Assembly: GCA_965237895.1 (NCBI GenBank) | Contig: CBDEGR010000001.1 | Location: 25,253-89,252 of the forward strand | Direction: 5' to 3' | DNA length: 64,000 bases | Source of the DNA: Terriglobia bacterium | Lineage (GTDB): Bacteria > Acidobacteriota > Terriglobia > UBA7540 > JAPUME01 | Shown: piece after piece, positions 1 to 10,838 of the stretch | How the letters are laid out: the number at the start of each line of letters is the position of its first letter | Numbering within the stretch: the first letter of the stretch is position 1 | Notes under the pieces: model-generated | What the model was told of the DNA's origin: nothing | Database searches by the model: none | The model's input: only the letters and a program-made list of their open reading frames with translations | Made by a program: the position numbers and the translations under genes

Positions 1-1859
1 GTGAACTTCTCCCTCCTCCACTCCGCCCCGGAGGCCAAGTGCACGCGATCGTTGAGGGGGTAGGAAACGTCGAAATTGAGATTGGTTTCGTCCTGCCGGT
101 AGATGCCGGGCCGGAACGATGTCGGCGTGTCGTAACCGACCGACGCATTTACCGTATCGAAAATGAACTGATTGATCTCGCTGGTGCCGTTGCTGACGCT
201 CGCGTCCCAGGTGAGGCCGCTGCTGGCGAACCCGCGGAGGCCGCCGACCAGCGAGTAGTCGATCAGATCCCCGCCGAACTGCGGCGTGAATCCTCCAGGA
301 AACCGGCTGTGGAGGGTGAAGCAGTTCGGGTCGGCCTCGACCGCGGAGAGAGCGGCCGCGTCGGGGACGTGGTTCGGGACCGGTATCGTGGGGCAGCCGC
401 CGGCGCCGGCCACACCGGTGTTCGCCCAAACTCGATCGCCCACGAGGAGCGACGGGACGCCAGCTGTTCCGGGAAGGCCTGCGACTTGGCCGTTGGCGTC
501 ATAAACGATAGCGCCACGGTGATCAGACTCGGTCAGGTCGAGTTCTTTGGGGTTGGGGAAATTCGTGATCTCGCCGTCGGCGTTGTACACGTTGAGCAGA
601 GAGGTGGGGTGAAGTCTGGAACCGCGGAAGACCCCGCCCCGCGTGTGTGGATTCCGGAAGTAAAAGCCACCGGTCACCTTGCGGGACGCGTAGTTGCCGT
701 GACCGTAGAGTTGAAAACGATCGTCGAACAGATGGCCGAAGTTTGCGAACAGCTTGAAGTCGTGGTTGTTTCTCGGAGACCCCCAAACCTGCGCCGTGTC
801 GCGCAGATTCGTATTGCCTGCGTTGATGATGTCCAAGGCGTCCTGGCGCTGGATGGCACGGTTAGTCGGTGCGGCGGTGCCGTACTCCATGCTGAGGTTG
901 CCAAAACCGTTCGATCCAAGCGGGAACCCGACGTTGCCGGCTACGGAAAACGTCCGGCCGTGTCCGCCGATTCCGTTACACGAGTGCTTGATGTCGCCGA
1001 TGATGCCCGACCCGCACGTCGCCGGGTTCCCCGGATTGGCATCGAAGAAGCCCCCGGTTTGGACTTCCAGGCTGCCTCCCGAGGGATCGTTCTTCAGTTG
1101 GAAGTTCATGACTCCGGCGATGGCGTCCGAGCCGTATTGCGCCGCCGCGCCGTCGCGCAGCACCTCGACCTGCCGAATGGCAATCGATGGAATGGTGGAG
1201 ATGTCCGGCCCCTGCGAGCCGTCGGCGATGCCATTTCCCAGCCAAGTGATGACTGCTGAGCGGTGGCGGCGCTTGCCGTTGACCAGGACCAGCGTGTGGT
1301 CGGGCGCCAAGTTGCGCAAGTTAGCCGGACGGACGACGGTCCCCGCATCGCTGATCGGCTGAGTGTTGATGTTGAAGGAGGGGATGACAGTCCGCAGCTG
1401 GGTTACCAAGTCCCTACTCCCCTGGCGAGCGAGGTCCTCGGTACGGAGTACGTCCACGGGCACGGTGGACTCGATCGCTGACCGTGGCTCGGCGCGGCTG
1501 CCGACGACCACGACGGACTGGGTGAAGACGGCCAATTCGAGCGCAAAGTTTCGCAGGACCGATTGGCCGGCAATCAGTTCGACGTCATCGGCGATGCCAG
1601 TCTCGAAGCCGGGAGTCTCAGCCGTAATCTTGTAGACCCCTGGATCCAGAGTCAATTCGTATGCGCCGGCGGCATCCGTCGAACCAGTCACCTCAGCTCC
1701 GGTGGCGTTGTTGGTCGCCGTTATTTCCGCGCCTGGGATGACTGCGCCGGAATCATCGGCTACCTCTCCGTGCAAGGTAGCCGTTTGCTGAGCGTACGAG
1801 ACTCCGGAAACCTCAACCAGGAGCAGCACTATTATGACAACAAGACTTCTTCCAAACAT
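1..1859 (-). CDS. TonB-dependent outer-membrane receptor, N-terminal part (carboxypeptidase-regulatory-like domain + plug + start of barrel); 3' end runs off the window
   Basis: Absent from the ORF track because it has no in-window stop. Hand translation of the minus strand from ATG 1859-1857 gives MFGRSLVVIIVLLLVEVSGVSYAQQTATLHGEV (signal peptide), then VVVVGSRAEPRSAIESTVPVDVLRT, LVLVNGKRRHR and AAQYGSDAIAGVMNFQLK (plug-type motifs). The + ORF 39..1259 is its antisense shadow. Confidence 0.8.
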   Translation of the reverse strand, partial: MFGRSLVVIIVLLLVEVSGVSYAQQTATLHGEVADDSGAVIPGAEITATNNATGAEVTGSTDAAGAYELTLDPGVYKITAETPGFETGIADDVELIAGQSVLRNFALELAVFTQSVVVVGSRAEPRSAIESTVPVDVLRTEDLARQGSRDLVTQLRTVIPSFNINTQPISDAGTVVRPANLRNLAPDHTLVLVNGKRRHRSAVITWLGNGIADGSQGPDISTIPSIAIRQVEVLRDGAAAQYGSDAIAGVMNFQLKNDPSGGSLEVQTGGFFDANPGNPATCGSGIIGDIKHSCNGIGGHGRTFSVAGNVGFPLGSNGFGNLSMEYGTAAPTNRAIQRQDALDIINAGNTNLRDTAQVWGSPRNNHDFKLFANFGHLFDDRFQLYGHGNYASRKVTGGFYFRNPHTRGGVFRGSRLHPTSLLNVYNADGEITNFPNPKELDLTESDHRGAIVYDANGQVAGLPGTAGVPSLLVGDRVWANTGVAGAGGCPTIPVPNHVPDAAALSAVEADPNCFTLHSRFPGGFTPQFGGDLIDYSLVGGLRGFASSGLTWDASVSNGTSEINQFIFDTVNASVGYDTPTSFRPGIYRQDETNLNFDVSYPLNDRVHLASGAEWRREKF

Positions 1860-1969
1860 GGTCAACTCCTGAAAAAGAGATAACGAGCAGGCAACCACTA
1901 CACTACTGAAACCCAGGCTATACCATTTTCTCTGCATTGACAAGTGACCAGACCGATCTTTTGTACCAA

Positions 1970-3627
1970 CCGGAATTTCCATTTTGAGCTTCCCCTTCAC
2001 CCGAAAACCTATGCCTGCTACCCTGTCGTGTCAACCGCAAACAGCTCTGGCCTCTTTGAGGTGGTTGTGCGGCACATTTTGGCTGTTCCTCGGAGTCGCT
2101 GTGCGGGTTTCGCCTGCCCAGCCTGCCTCGCCGCTGACACTTATCCGGCCCGACCACTTCTGAGCACCTAAAATTACCCTCTCTCCTGGGTCGCTAGCCG
2201 TCTGGCAGCGGCAGTGCCGAGATCGTTCGCAGCATGCTGCTGAACAGCCTCCGGCTCAAGTGCCCTTCGGCCAGCAAAAGCCAGTAATATCGCGCATGTT
2301 TCACCAGCCGTCCTCCCGTTTTCACCAACCGCTGCTGCAAGCTCGTCAGCGACCAGTTCCCGATTCTCTGTGGCAGCACCAGTCGCCGCCAGAGGTTGCC
2401 GAGATTATAGGCAATGATGGTGAGCCACAGCCGCACCTCGTTCGACCGGAACCGGTGACAACTGAGCCGCGTCATCTTCACTGCCTGCTTGCCTTCCTTG
2501 ATCCACTGCTCTGCTGTGCCGCGCTTGTTGTAAAACCGCACCACCGCCCGACTTGGAAGCGTCAAGTTCGTCACAATGAATCCTACTCGCGGGAACAGCT
2601 CCCCTGGATGATGCTCCACCTTGGCCACCACCCTGCGTGCTGTCTTCCAACTGGCCGCTTGGTATAGAAAGCCCTTGAACTCCACCAACGGCTTCTTGCT
2701 GGGTCTCCCCACCGGCCGAGTCAGCAACTCCTCAATGTCCCGCTGTAGGCTGTCGTTAGCCGGGATGCGGATGGCGTACTTGACCTCCCGCTCCTCCAGA
2801 GCCTCGTAAATCTCCGGCTTGGCAAAGGCCGCGTCGGCACGAAACACCACTTCCTTGCCCAGCTTCTGCTGCCGCTCGATCTCCGGCAGGAGAAGTTCTT
2901 CCCAGTCATCGGCGCTGTGCACGTTGCCCGGTCGCAGCTTGGCCGCCAGACAGTCACCCTCGCGATTGAACAGCAACAACGGGTGATAGCAGCTCGACTC
3001 GAAATGCCCGTTGTAGGCACTCTGCTCCTGCTGGCCGTAGACCGGAATCTCGGTCGAGTCCATGTCCAGCACCACCCGTTGCGGGGAATCCATAGCTTCC
3101 GCCCTGGCGATTAAATCCCGGTTGATCGCTGCCAAACCAGCCAGGTTCTCATCTTGCGTCAGTAGTTCTGTCTCGAACGATTGCAGCCGGGAAGTCAACG
3201 CGGCTCCTCGCTCCCAGATCTTTTCTGAACCGATCAGCCGGAACGTCGGATCTTGAGAGAGCCGTTCCGCGTCATTCATATCTTCGTAACCCGCCAAGCG
3301 GCTGTACACGGACTGGCGCAGGAGGTCAGCAAAGGGCAACCGTGTGTTCTTTCCCCGAGGATCGGCCAAGTGCTGTTTGATGAGTTCCCCGAATCCCAAA
3401 TGTTCGTCTAATTCGCGCACGAGGATCAGGCCGCCGTCGGAAGTAACCCGCGACCCCTGGAAATCGACCTTCAATGCAGCATTGAAAGAGAACTGAAAGG
3501 GCTGATTTTGCCTCTCACCCACTGGGTTTCTACCTCCGGAAGCTGTATTGACGCTGGAACCGGCATAAATATTGGGGTCGGAGGTCAGTATAAGGTTAGC
3601 TTTGGAGTTTTAAAACGGAAATCCGGG
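1970..3627 (-). mobile_element. IS1380-family insertion sequence (about 1.66 kb)
   Basis: Single 442-aa transposase. It is flanked by imperfect terminal inverted repeats CCGGAATTTCCATTTTGAG (1970-) and, reverse-complemented, CCGGATTTCCGTTTTAAAA (ending about 3627). The size fits IS1380. Confidence 0.7.
2194..3522 (-). CDS. IS1380-family DDE transposase
   Basis: N-terminus FNAALKVDFQGSRVTSDGGLILVRELDEHLGF and the overall 442-aa layout are typical of IS1380/IS4-superfamily transposases. Confidence 0.85.
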   Translation of the reverse strand: MGERQNQPFQFSFNAALKVDFQGSRVTSDGGLILVRELDEHLGFGELIKQHLADPRGKNTRLPFADLLRQSVYSRLAGYEDMNDAERLSQDPTFRLIGSEKIWERGAALTSRLQSFETELLTQDENLAGLAAINRDLIARAEAMDSPQRVVLDMDSTEIPVYGQQEQSAYNGHFESSCYHPLLLFNREGDCLAAKLRPGNVHSADDWEELLLPEIERQQKLGKEVVFRADAAFAKPEIYEALEEREVKYAIRIPANDSLQRDIEELLTRPVGRPSKKPLVEFKGFLYQAASWKTARRVVAKVEHHPGELFPRVGFIVTNLTLPSRAVVRFYNKRGTAEQWIKEGKQAVKMTRLSCHRFRSNEVRLWLTIIAYNLGNLWRRLVLPQRIGNWSLTSLQQRLVKTGGRLVKHARYYWLLLAEGHLSRRLFSSMLRTISALPLPDG

Positions 3628-3940
3628 CTTTAATGCCTTGTACCGCGGTCGCATGCGGATTCCGCGTCACTACCTCAAGCGGGTCGACCTCATCGGTAGA
3701 AATAGAGAGAAAAAGATTCCAATTGCCAGTTCGGCAGCTATCCCGGCAATGCACCAGAACACATCCCACCGGGGCCTGATTACTTGTCCACCAACTGCCG
3801 AACCGCCTCGGCATGCTTGGGGTTGTTCAGGTCAGCTTCGAGAATTTCGAGATTCATCGTTTTTTGAAGTCCTGCCCCGCCGCATTCTCCGACTGGGTCG
3901 CCGCCGCAAGCCTGAACGTCCACCGCCGTGCGATACCGGC

Positions 3941-4903
3941 TCAGAACCGGTACTTCAGTTTGACGGTCACTGCCATGTAGCGGAGGCCGCCGAACTCAAG
4001 GTTGGAGTCAAACGGGGTGACGCCGTCCGCCTGGACCGGGGCGTGGCTGCGGATGAGGTTCCACGTCGCGTCATGGCTGAGGGTGTCGAACGCGGCCCAG
4101 CGCGCCTTCGCACCAATCGACACACGCTTCGTCAAGGCGTAGTCAACGCCGGCCATCAACTGGAAGCCGAAGACGTTCTTGCTCGCCGCCGTATCGATGT
4201 AGCTGACCGTGCCGGCGGCAGCGCGCTTGGCCGCCTCAGGCCAGTCGGGGTCGAAGGCGATCTGCAGGTACTCCGCATCCGGCTTTCGAACGAACCCGTT
4301 GAAGTAGCGAAGGCTTGTTCTGGCCCAGCCGAGGCCGACGCCTGCGTAGGGCGTCCAGGGTGAATCGTTCACGAAGTCGTAGTACGCGTTGGCGAAGACC
4401 TGGTGGGCCTTGTAGTCTCTAATCCCCTCGCGCGGCGGATCGTCGTTGCTCCACTCGGTGTTCTTGCCCTGGAGCGACACATTGGAGGTCGCACCGAGCG
4501 CCGCAGTGTCATTTCCATGGTACCGGTTGAGGTATTCCACTTCGAAGCGCGGCTTGCCAGCCATGTATCCGAAGCTGAGGCTGCTCACGAACCCGGCGCC
4601 CGCTTCGAACTCGTTGGACGTGAGCTGCTGCGCGATGTTGTTGACGCAGGCCGGGTCGCTGGTGGGCGGGGAAACCGACGCCGGATAGAGGAGACGGTCG
4701 CATCGCGTCGGGTGGTTGACGCCGCTCAGGCTAAAGGTGACGGTGGATGCGATCGACACCCCCGTCTCGATGCCTACGTAGAAGCCGTGCCGGTCGTCCT
4801 GGGCGCTCGCGGAGCCCGCAGCGCCCAGCATCGCGAGGCACAGCACCACCGAGAGCCGACCGGACAGTCGGAAACGACGTATCATTACCATGAAGATGAC
4901 CAT
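3941..4903 (-). CDS. Outer-membrane beta-barrel protein (OmpA-like/porin-family barrel)
   Basis: Signal peptide ending AGSASAQ, alternating aromatic/Gly beta-strand pattern, C-terminal KLKYRF with terminal Phe (OMP sorting signature). Confidence 0.7.
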   Translation of the reverse strand: MVIFMVMIRRFRLSGRLSVVLCLAMLGAAGSASAQDDRHGFYVGIETGVSIASTVTFSLSGVNHPTRCDRLLYPASVSPPTSDPACVNNIAQQLTSNEFEAGAGFVSSLSFGYMAGKPRFEVEYLNRYHGNDTAALGATSNVSLQGKNTEWSNDDPPREGIRDYKAHQVFANAYYDFVNDSPWTPYAGVGLGWARTSLRYFNGFVRKPDAEYLQIAFDPDWPEAAKRAAAGTVSYIDTAASKNVFGFQLMAGVDYALTKRVSIGAKARWAAFDTLSHDATWNLIRSHAPVQADGVTPFDSNLEFGGLRYMAVTVKLKYRF

Positions 4904-5163
4904 GGGTACACCCTCCTACAGGGAAACTGCTCGAAGATCTGTACGCCAGGATTTCCATTTTGGCATCTCGGCACGCACAGCATAGCCGAGTCGCGGCTGC
5001 GCTGCAACGGTCTTCGCACCGCTTTCAGGTTGGATCCTTCTATCCTCGCCGGTCCGGCCTTCAGATCGGGTCTGATCACTGGCAAGTGCGCCAATTTGCA
5101 ACAGAACCCAATCCATGTCCCAGCGCCTTTGGGTATGGGGACCTGTACCACCACCGTCCTCCA

Positions 5164-8100
5164 TCAAAGCTGGGCCTCCGCGTCGGGATTTCCGGCGGCG
5201 AGGGAATTCATGTAGGCGAGGCATAGCTCGTGGGAACAGTACACGCCCCCATAGGTGGCCTTCTCTTCGCGTTCGACGATCGGAAAGGTCGAGTAGATAT
5301 AGCGGATGTCGTCGCGGTCTGTGACGCCGTAGAGATGGAAGAACACGGCATCCAGCTTGGCGCGCAAATGCAGGCGCCGGGCCTCGTCCCAGGTGAAGGG
5401 CGGCTTTACCTCGCCCGCCTTATCGACATAGCCCATATCGCGGGCGAAGGGCGCCATGTCATGAGCGGTGTAGGTCAACTCAAGAACGGCCTCTCGGACA
5501 ATCTCACTGGCCGTCTTGGTGCCGAAGCAGATGGTTTCGTAGCGGGCGGGCGGGACGACGGGGAGTTGCTCGATGATGAAGAGATTCAGAGTCTGACCCT
5601 GAACTTTCTGGCGTGTCACAAAATCCAGAATTGTCGCGTTGAGATTGGCTGCCAATAGCCATTCGGCGCGACCGGCAGCTTCTGGCTTGAGGATGGGTAC
5701 TTTGTTGCCGAAGCCGACCGTCGGTAAGAGCGCTGCGATAAATGTCCTGACGTTTGTGGGTGCGTTAATCTCCTTGAAGCCGAGAACCCAATCCGACTCG
5801 ACGGTCCAGCCACATTCCGAAGCGGGAACCCAGAACTGCGGATCGGGAAGCCAATCCGCATTCCGGTGCTGCTCCGGTGTGGCCGGTTCGGGCTGAGCGG
5901 GCCGGTGCTGGTTCTCGGGGTTGACGGTGATGCTGGCGGCGCGGTGGTCGAACAGGTGGATCATGCGGCCGACATAGAGAGGCACCCAGTCTCCGGACGG
6001 ACTGGAGAAGCGGTTACCGCCGACGGGATACGCGCCTTCCTGCTCTTCCAGCTCCGCTCGCGTGCGGAACAGGCCGGAGTCGTTGGTCATGTGGAACATG
6101 GTCGAGTATTTCACCGGCCACGCCTTCACTTCCTCGCCCGATGAGCGATCGACCAGTACCGGCAGGCGGCCGTAGATCGCGGTCGTCAGATTCGGCGTCG
6201 CGGCGGGAACGGAAGATCGGCGCGGTGCCGGTGTTGGGGTTGACGCGCGCGAAAGCCTCGGCCGTCAGCGGAAAACAACGCTCCGGGTCGTCAAGCTCGG
6301 ATACGTTATGAAGATAGAACGCGCATTGCGCGGGCTCGGATGTGGGCGACGGACTGGCAACGAATACGCAGAACTTGAATGATGCATGAACGTCGGGAAA
6401 GAAAACTTTCTTGTTCTCGAAATCATACAGCGCCCGCAGCCGCCCTTCCGTCGCCACGCCCTTGAAGAACCGCGCCGCCGTCTTGTCGGAGGCGATGCCG
6501 GACGGAGTGAGAAGTCCGACCATGCCGTCGGGCTTCACGATATTCATGGCGCGCTCGACGAACAAGGAATAGAGATTTATGTCGCCGCCAGACAGCAGGG
6601 GATAGTCGCCGCCGGCGCGGGCCATGCGGACTGCGGCCGTGGCGCGCTCATTGGCTTCGGCGAAGTCGCGGGAAAGCGGGTCTCCAGCTTTCTCCAGATC
6701 GGCGATCATGCGTTTGCGGTCGGCTGCGCGCGGGGCCAGGGCGATCTGACGGCGCCGCGCCGCGAACCACTCGACCTGTTGCAGCTTCATCCGGTCCCAG
6801 GGCGGATTGCCGATCACGGCGTCGAAACCGCCGTGCAGCCCGGCGCTTTCCCACGCCGACCACACGCCGGGAAAAGCTACTTGCCAATTGAAAAAGCGTT
6901 CGTCGTCGAGGAGTGACCGTGCTTCGTCGAGCAGCCCGGCAAACTGCTTACCGTCCCCGGTTTCCGTTAAGACCTTAATCTTGCCCGAGGCAATGCTGAT
7001 CGGATCGCCGAAGATGCCGGCGTAGTAGGCGTAAAGCATCGCCTTGTCGTCGCGATCACGGATGTTCAGCCAATCGAAGGCATGGATCAGGGAGAGGAAG
7101 GCATTCAATGGCGTCGTCATCTCCTCGATCTCGGCGAACACTTCCGCGGAACGATGAGCCTCGGCGATCTCGGCGTCGGTCAGTCCCTCAATGATCTGCA
7201 TGGGAGCCGCGGCGCGCGTGGCCCGTTTTACCGGACCTTCCAAAAAGAGCGATCCACCCTGCTCTGTCGCCTTGTCGATGCCGGTGCGTACCCATGAACC
7301 GGACAGGCTGTCGCCGCAGCGGAGGTGATGATCCAGGAAGCTCAACGGTGCGCCCACCGTGAAGGTGTGCAGCCAGAGCGCGACCTTGGCCAGTTCGACG
7401 GCCATGGGGTTTTTATCGACGCCATAGACGCAGCGCTTGAGAACCATGCGCCGGACGATATGCCGGTCGTCGAGCTGTTCCGCATCGATGGTCCAGCCGC
7501 GTTTCTCGGCGTTGGCCATGATCTTGTTGCGGATCACGTCGATCCTCTCGGTCAGAGGCGAAATGTAGTCGTCCACCGAAGCTTCCGCCTCGGCCAGGGC
7601 CGTTATCACCCGGTCGGCGAGATGGTCCACGAGGTTAACCAGAAAGTGCCCCGAACCCATGGCAGGGTCGCAGATTTTCAGTTCGAGCAGTCTCTCGGCC
7701 GGATCGAGCTGCTTCAATTGGCCTATCCGGCGATCCTCAGGCAGATGGCTTGTAGCAAGCTCGGCATTTTTTGCAGTGAAATCGTCCATGCGCGATCGGA
7801 CCAGCGGTTCGATCGTTTCCTTGAGGATCAGGCCGACCAGATCGTCGGGCGTGTAGTAGCTGCCCGATCCCTTCCGCGCGAAGACGTTGGGACGAACAGC
7901 AATCGCGCCGTCCTCGCGGACGATCTCGTGTTCGAGCAAGCGCTCGTAGATCGAGCCGAGCTGCTGAACGCCGAGATCGCGATAGTTGATGTAGCGGCGG
8001 CCATTGGGGGTTTGTTCAAACGAAAGCGCATCGATGGCCTCGGCCATGACCTCATCGCCGAGTCGGATGCTGGCGAGTAGCGGTACGCGTTGCCGGTCGA

Positions 8101-9226
8101 AAAGCCCGCCGTTGTAGGGCGGCAGGCCGATGGAGGCGTCGCCTTGATCGATGGCCCGGCAAAGATCGTCGATGGCCGACCAGTAGCGGGCGGCGCTCGC
8201 GGAGAAGACGTCATCACGGTCTTTGCGCTGCCCGACATCACCGCGCACCTTATCGCGTAGCGCGTAGTCGTCGTAGCTCGTGTTGCGAACGGGCAGCAGG
8301 TCGCGGTCCTCGGCATAGAGGATGAACAGGAGGCGGTAGAGAAGAATCAGGGCGGCTTCGCGCACTTTCGGCAACGGCGCCGCAGGCACGGCGGCGGCGA
8401 GGGCGCGGGCAAGCCCAGGAAAGACCCGCTCGAAGACCAGAGCGGAAAGACTGGCGGCGACGCGTTCCTCGTAAAACCGGCCTTCCTCGATAGCGCGCTG
8501 GTGGAACGTGCGCGGGTCGGTCGGCCCGGCAAGGAAAGCCTCCCGCCGGAAGACGAGCACGAACACCTTCAGCCAGTGACGGCGATGGGCTTCCGTGAGG
8601 GCGAATAAACCGTCGGTATGGCCGGAGAGATCGAGAAGCGCCGCGAGATCCATCTCGAAAAACTGCTCCGAGACGGACCTGGCCCCTTGGTAGTAGAGCC
8701 GCCATCTTGTGCCGTTGGTGAGAATGCCCCAGCGGAGTTTGCCGGTGGTCAAATCGTCCACCCGCCGAAGATAACGGAGCATCTGGGTCGAGGGCGCGGT
8801 CTCCTCGCCCCGGCGCCCGGAGCGGCGATCCAGTGGGCGCCCCCAGCGCTTGGACTCGACGACCGCGAGGCCGAACTCGTAGCGCTTCCATTCCTCGGTG
8901 AAGCCGTTGGCACGGTCCTTAGCGGCGGCGTCTGTGAACAGCAGGCCGTCGGGTACGTCCTCGCGGCCGTGAGCGGAGAGGTTCTGCTGGCGAAGATGCG
9001 TCGTCCACCCGAGTTGAGCAAGGACAGGCCAGATCAGATCGTCTTCGGTCTGGCTTTCATTGGGCGTCTGCGTCATTGGGAAGCGGTTGAAAATGTTACG
9101 GGCGGAGGCTTCGAAGGCGTCGAGCGCGTCGGCGTCAAGTTCCCGCCAGTCGTCCAGACGAGCGACCGCATCGCGAAGGAAATCGTTGGCGAAGAGACTT
9201 CCCTGGAATGGGGTATCGATGCTCAT
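5164..9226 (-). pseudogene. Type IIG restriction-modification fusion (N-terminal PD-ExK nuclease + gamma-class N6-adenine methyltransferase + specificity region), interrupted by one frameshift near 6175-6185
   Basis: VVESKRW (ExK), GSYYTPDDLV, DPAMGSGHFLV (AdoMet motif I), GNPPWDRM (motif IV NPPW). ORFs 6014..9259 and 5164..6129 overlap. The reading ..RSRRDAE continues as ..TTAIYGRLPVLVDRSSGEEVKAWPVKY in the other frame, so a 1-nt indel splits the gene. Start chosen at ATG 9226 (MSIDTPF). Confidence 0.8.
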
Positions 9227-9469
9227 CCGTTGCCGATCCTCTGGTCGCTCCGAAAGCACCGCTTCTCCTGGTGTTCTGTCTCAGGCATGATGCGGCTCGT
9301 AGCGCTCAACCTTGATCTGGTCCTGCGTATGGCGCGCCTGGGCGAGGTCGTAGGCGGCGTTCTTGTCTAGGGGGCGTGGGAGGATATAAGGCGCAGACTG
9401 ATTATCCAAGTCTCATTTGGAACTAAAAAATGACTGCACGCTCAAACCTCAAAATCTTGGAGGCCGCGT

Positions 9470-9571
9470 TGACCTGACCGACCCTTTTTGTACCAAGTGG
9501 AAAGAGTAGAGAATCCACTTGAGGAGGAAGTCAGGTCAAGAAGTTGGGCCATTTTTGGCGGGGGCAAGTCA
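9470..9571 (+). mobile_element. 102-bp miniature derivative of the IS3-family element found at 31516..32775 (both ends, no transposase)
   Basis: TGACCTGACCGACCCTTTTTGTACCAAGTGG + hairpin + GAGGAGG matches the left end of the full IS. GGGGGCAAGTCA(GTTGG) matches its right end GGGGGCAGGTCA(GTTGG). Confidence 0.55.
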
Positions 9572-9629
9572 GTTGGGTTTTGACCGGACTCAAGGTCCTG
9601 GCAAGGGGTAGGGAAAGTGGGTCCCCTGG

Positions 9630-9866
9630 CTCGACCAAGCGCGTTCTCACGACGAGCGGAGCTGTTGCAGTTCGAAAACCATTACTGTAACAACGTGCTG
9701 CGCAGCCCGTAGGGCATGGCCGTGACAGCAACTACCGTCAAGAAACCGTCAGAAAACCCGCCCCTCAAGCGGGCTAACCGTAGGCGTTGCGAGCGAAAGC
9801 AGACGCCCCAAAACCGTGTAAAAGTAACGAAAGGAAGGAGTTGGGAGAAAACCATGGAAGACGCCA
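9630..9866. repeat. About 240-bp repeat (integrase 5' end plus upstream region), inverted copy at 34785..35021
   Basis: Hand alignment: GCAGTTCGAAAAC..CAGCCCGTAG(G/A)GCATGGC..ACTACCGTCAAGAAACCGTCAGAAAAC..GTAGGCGTTGCGAGCGAAAGCAGACGCCCCAAAACCGTGTAA. Roughly nine in ten positions are identical by eye. Confidence 0.8.
9716..9865 (+). pseudogene. Tyrosine-integrase N-terminal stub
   Basis: MAVTATTVKKPSENPPLKRANRRRCERKQTPQNRVKVTKGRSWEKTMEDA matches the N-terminus of the integrase pseudogene at 34934, then diverges. The sequence near 9950-10015 (AGCACAG..GACCTG..TTTTTGGCACAG) resembles the region just after the intact integrase stop (61985-62035). Confidence 0.6.
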
Positions 9867-10004
9867 GCTTGACTCCTAAATGGCTACCTCTCCTCTTCTC
9901 CTTTCACTCTCTCCCTTATTTTTCATAGCTTTACACTCATTCAGGGATTCTGCTTTCGCTCAGCACAGAACCCTTTTGGGCTGCTTGACCTGCATTTCTG
10001 ACAC

Positions 10005-10814
10005 ATTTTTGGCACAGCAGGAGATATTGTCAACTTACGGTGCGAAGGTCGGACCTGTGCGCGATCGGCGCGAGTCGGTCAACCTACCGTGACCGCTTCC
10101 CAAGTCGCGAAAGAACGTGCCCTCACCAGCCGATGGTGAACCGATTTTAGTCTGTGCCTCGCCAATCTGAAGAGATTCAGAACGACACCGTGAACCGAGA
10201 GGAAGAGTTGAGCCTGCCGTGGCGACTTGAACCGTCGCATCTGACGTTCCCGTTGTCGGGTCGGTTGATGTGAAACTTCAACTCGATTGTTGGCGTACTG
10301 TTCTGTGTCATGGTTTACCGTAGGCATGATCGTCCGGAGTGCTGCACCGTAACTCTTCAACTTTTCGGTAACCAGGCGAAACGGAACCCTCCCTTGACCT
10401 CTCAAGAGTTTGCGAAAGAAGCGCTCCGCTGCACGACGGTTGCGTCGCGACTGGACGAGGATGTCGATCACGTCGCCGTCTTGATCGACGGCACGCCACA
10501 AATAGTGCCTCTTACCGTTGATCGTGACGAACACTTCGTCCAGGAACCAGGTATCGCCGAGTCGACCTTGCCGTCGTCTCAATCGCCGAGCGTAATCTGG
10601 TCCAAACTTTACGCACCAGCGGCGGATTGTCTCGTAGGAGACCACAATACCTCGCTTCGCCAGCAGATCCTCGGCATCTCGCAGGCTGATACCGAATCTG
10701 TAGCAGAGCCAGACTGCGTGACTGATGATCTCGGAAGGGAATCGGTGTCTGCTGTAGCGCTCTCTCATCTCGTTAGTCTGACACCGGGAGCGTTAACGTG
10801 ACAATACCCTGCAA
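10005..10814 (-). mobile_element. IS6-family insertion sequence (about 0.8 kb)
   Basis: Single IS6/IS26-like transposase. Terminal inverted repeats GGCACAGCAGGAGATATTGTCAAC (10005-) versus the reverse complement of GTGACAATACCCTGCAAC (10797-10814). Confidence 0.6.
10079..10768 (-). CDS. IS6-family transposase
   Basis: 229 aa. HRFPSEIISHAVWLCYRF, WFLDEVFVTINGKRHYLWRAVDQDGDVIDILV, NNRVEVSHQPTRQRERQMRRFKS are typical IS26-like motifs. Confidence 0.9.
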   Translation of the reverse strand: MRERYSRHRFPSEIISHAVWLCYRFGISLRDAEDLLAKRGIVVSYETIRRWCVKFGPDYARRLRRRQGRLGDTWFLDEVFVTINGKRHYLWRAVDQDGDVIDILVQSRRNRRAAERFFRKLLRGQGRVPFRLVTEKLKSYGAALRTIMPTVNHDTEQYANNRVEVSHQPTRQRERQMRRFKSPRQAQLFLSVHGVVLNLFRLARHRLKSVHHRLVRARSFATWEAVTVG

Positions 10815-10838
10815 CAGGTCTCCAGGTCTACGGAGCCA

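Noticed and set aside
39-1259. 406-aa + strand ORF at the left edge
   Set aside because: It is the antisense shadow of the minus-strand TonB-dependent receptor, whose translation shows signal peptide and plug motifs. The + frame is a low-complexity Arg/Gly/Ala/Val-rich product typical of high-GC antisense ORFs.
5164-9226. BREX PglX-type methyltransferase
   Set aside because: It has similar motifs, but an N-terminal ExK nuclease module is present. None of the other BREX genes (PglZ, BrxC, BrxL etc.) is nearby. A stand-alone type IIG enzyme is the simpler call.
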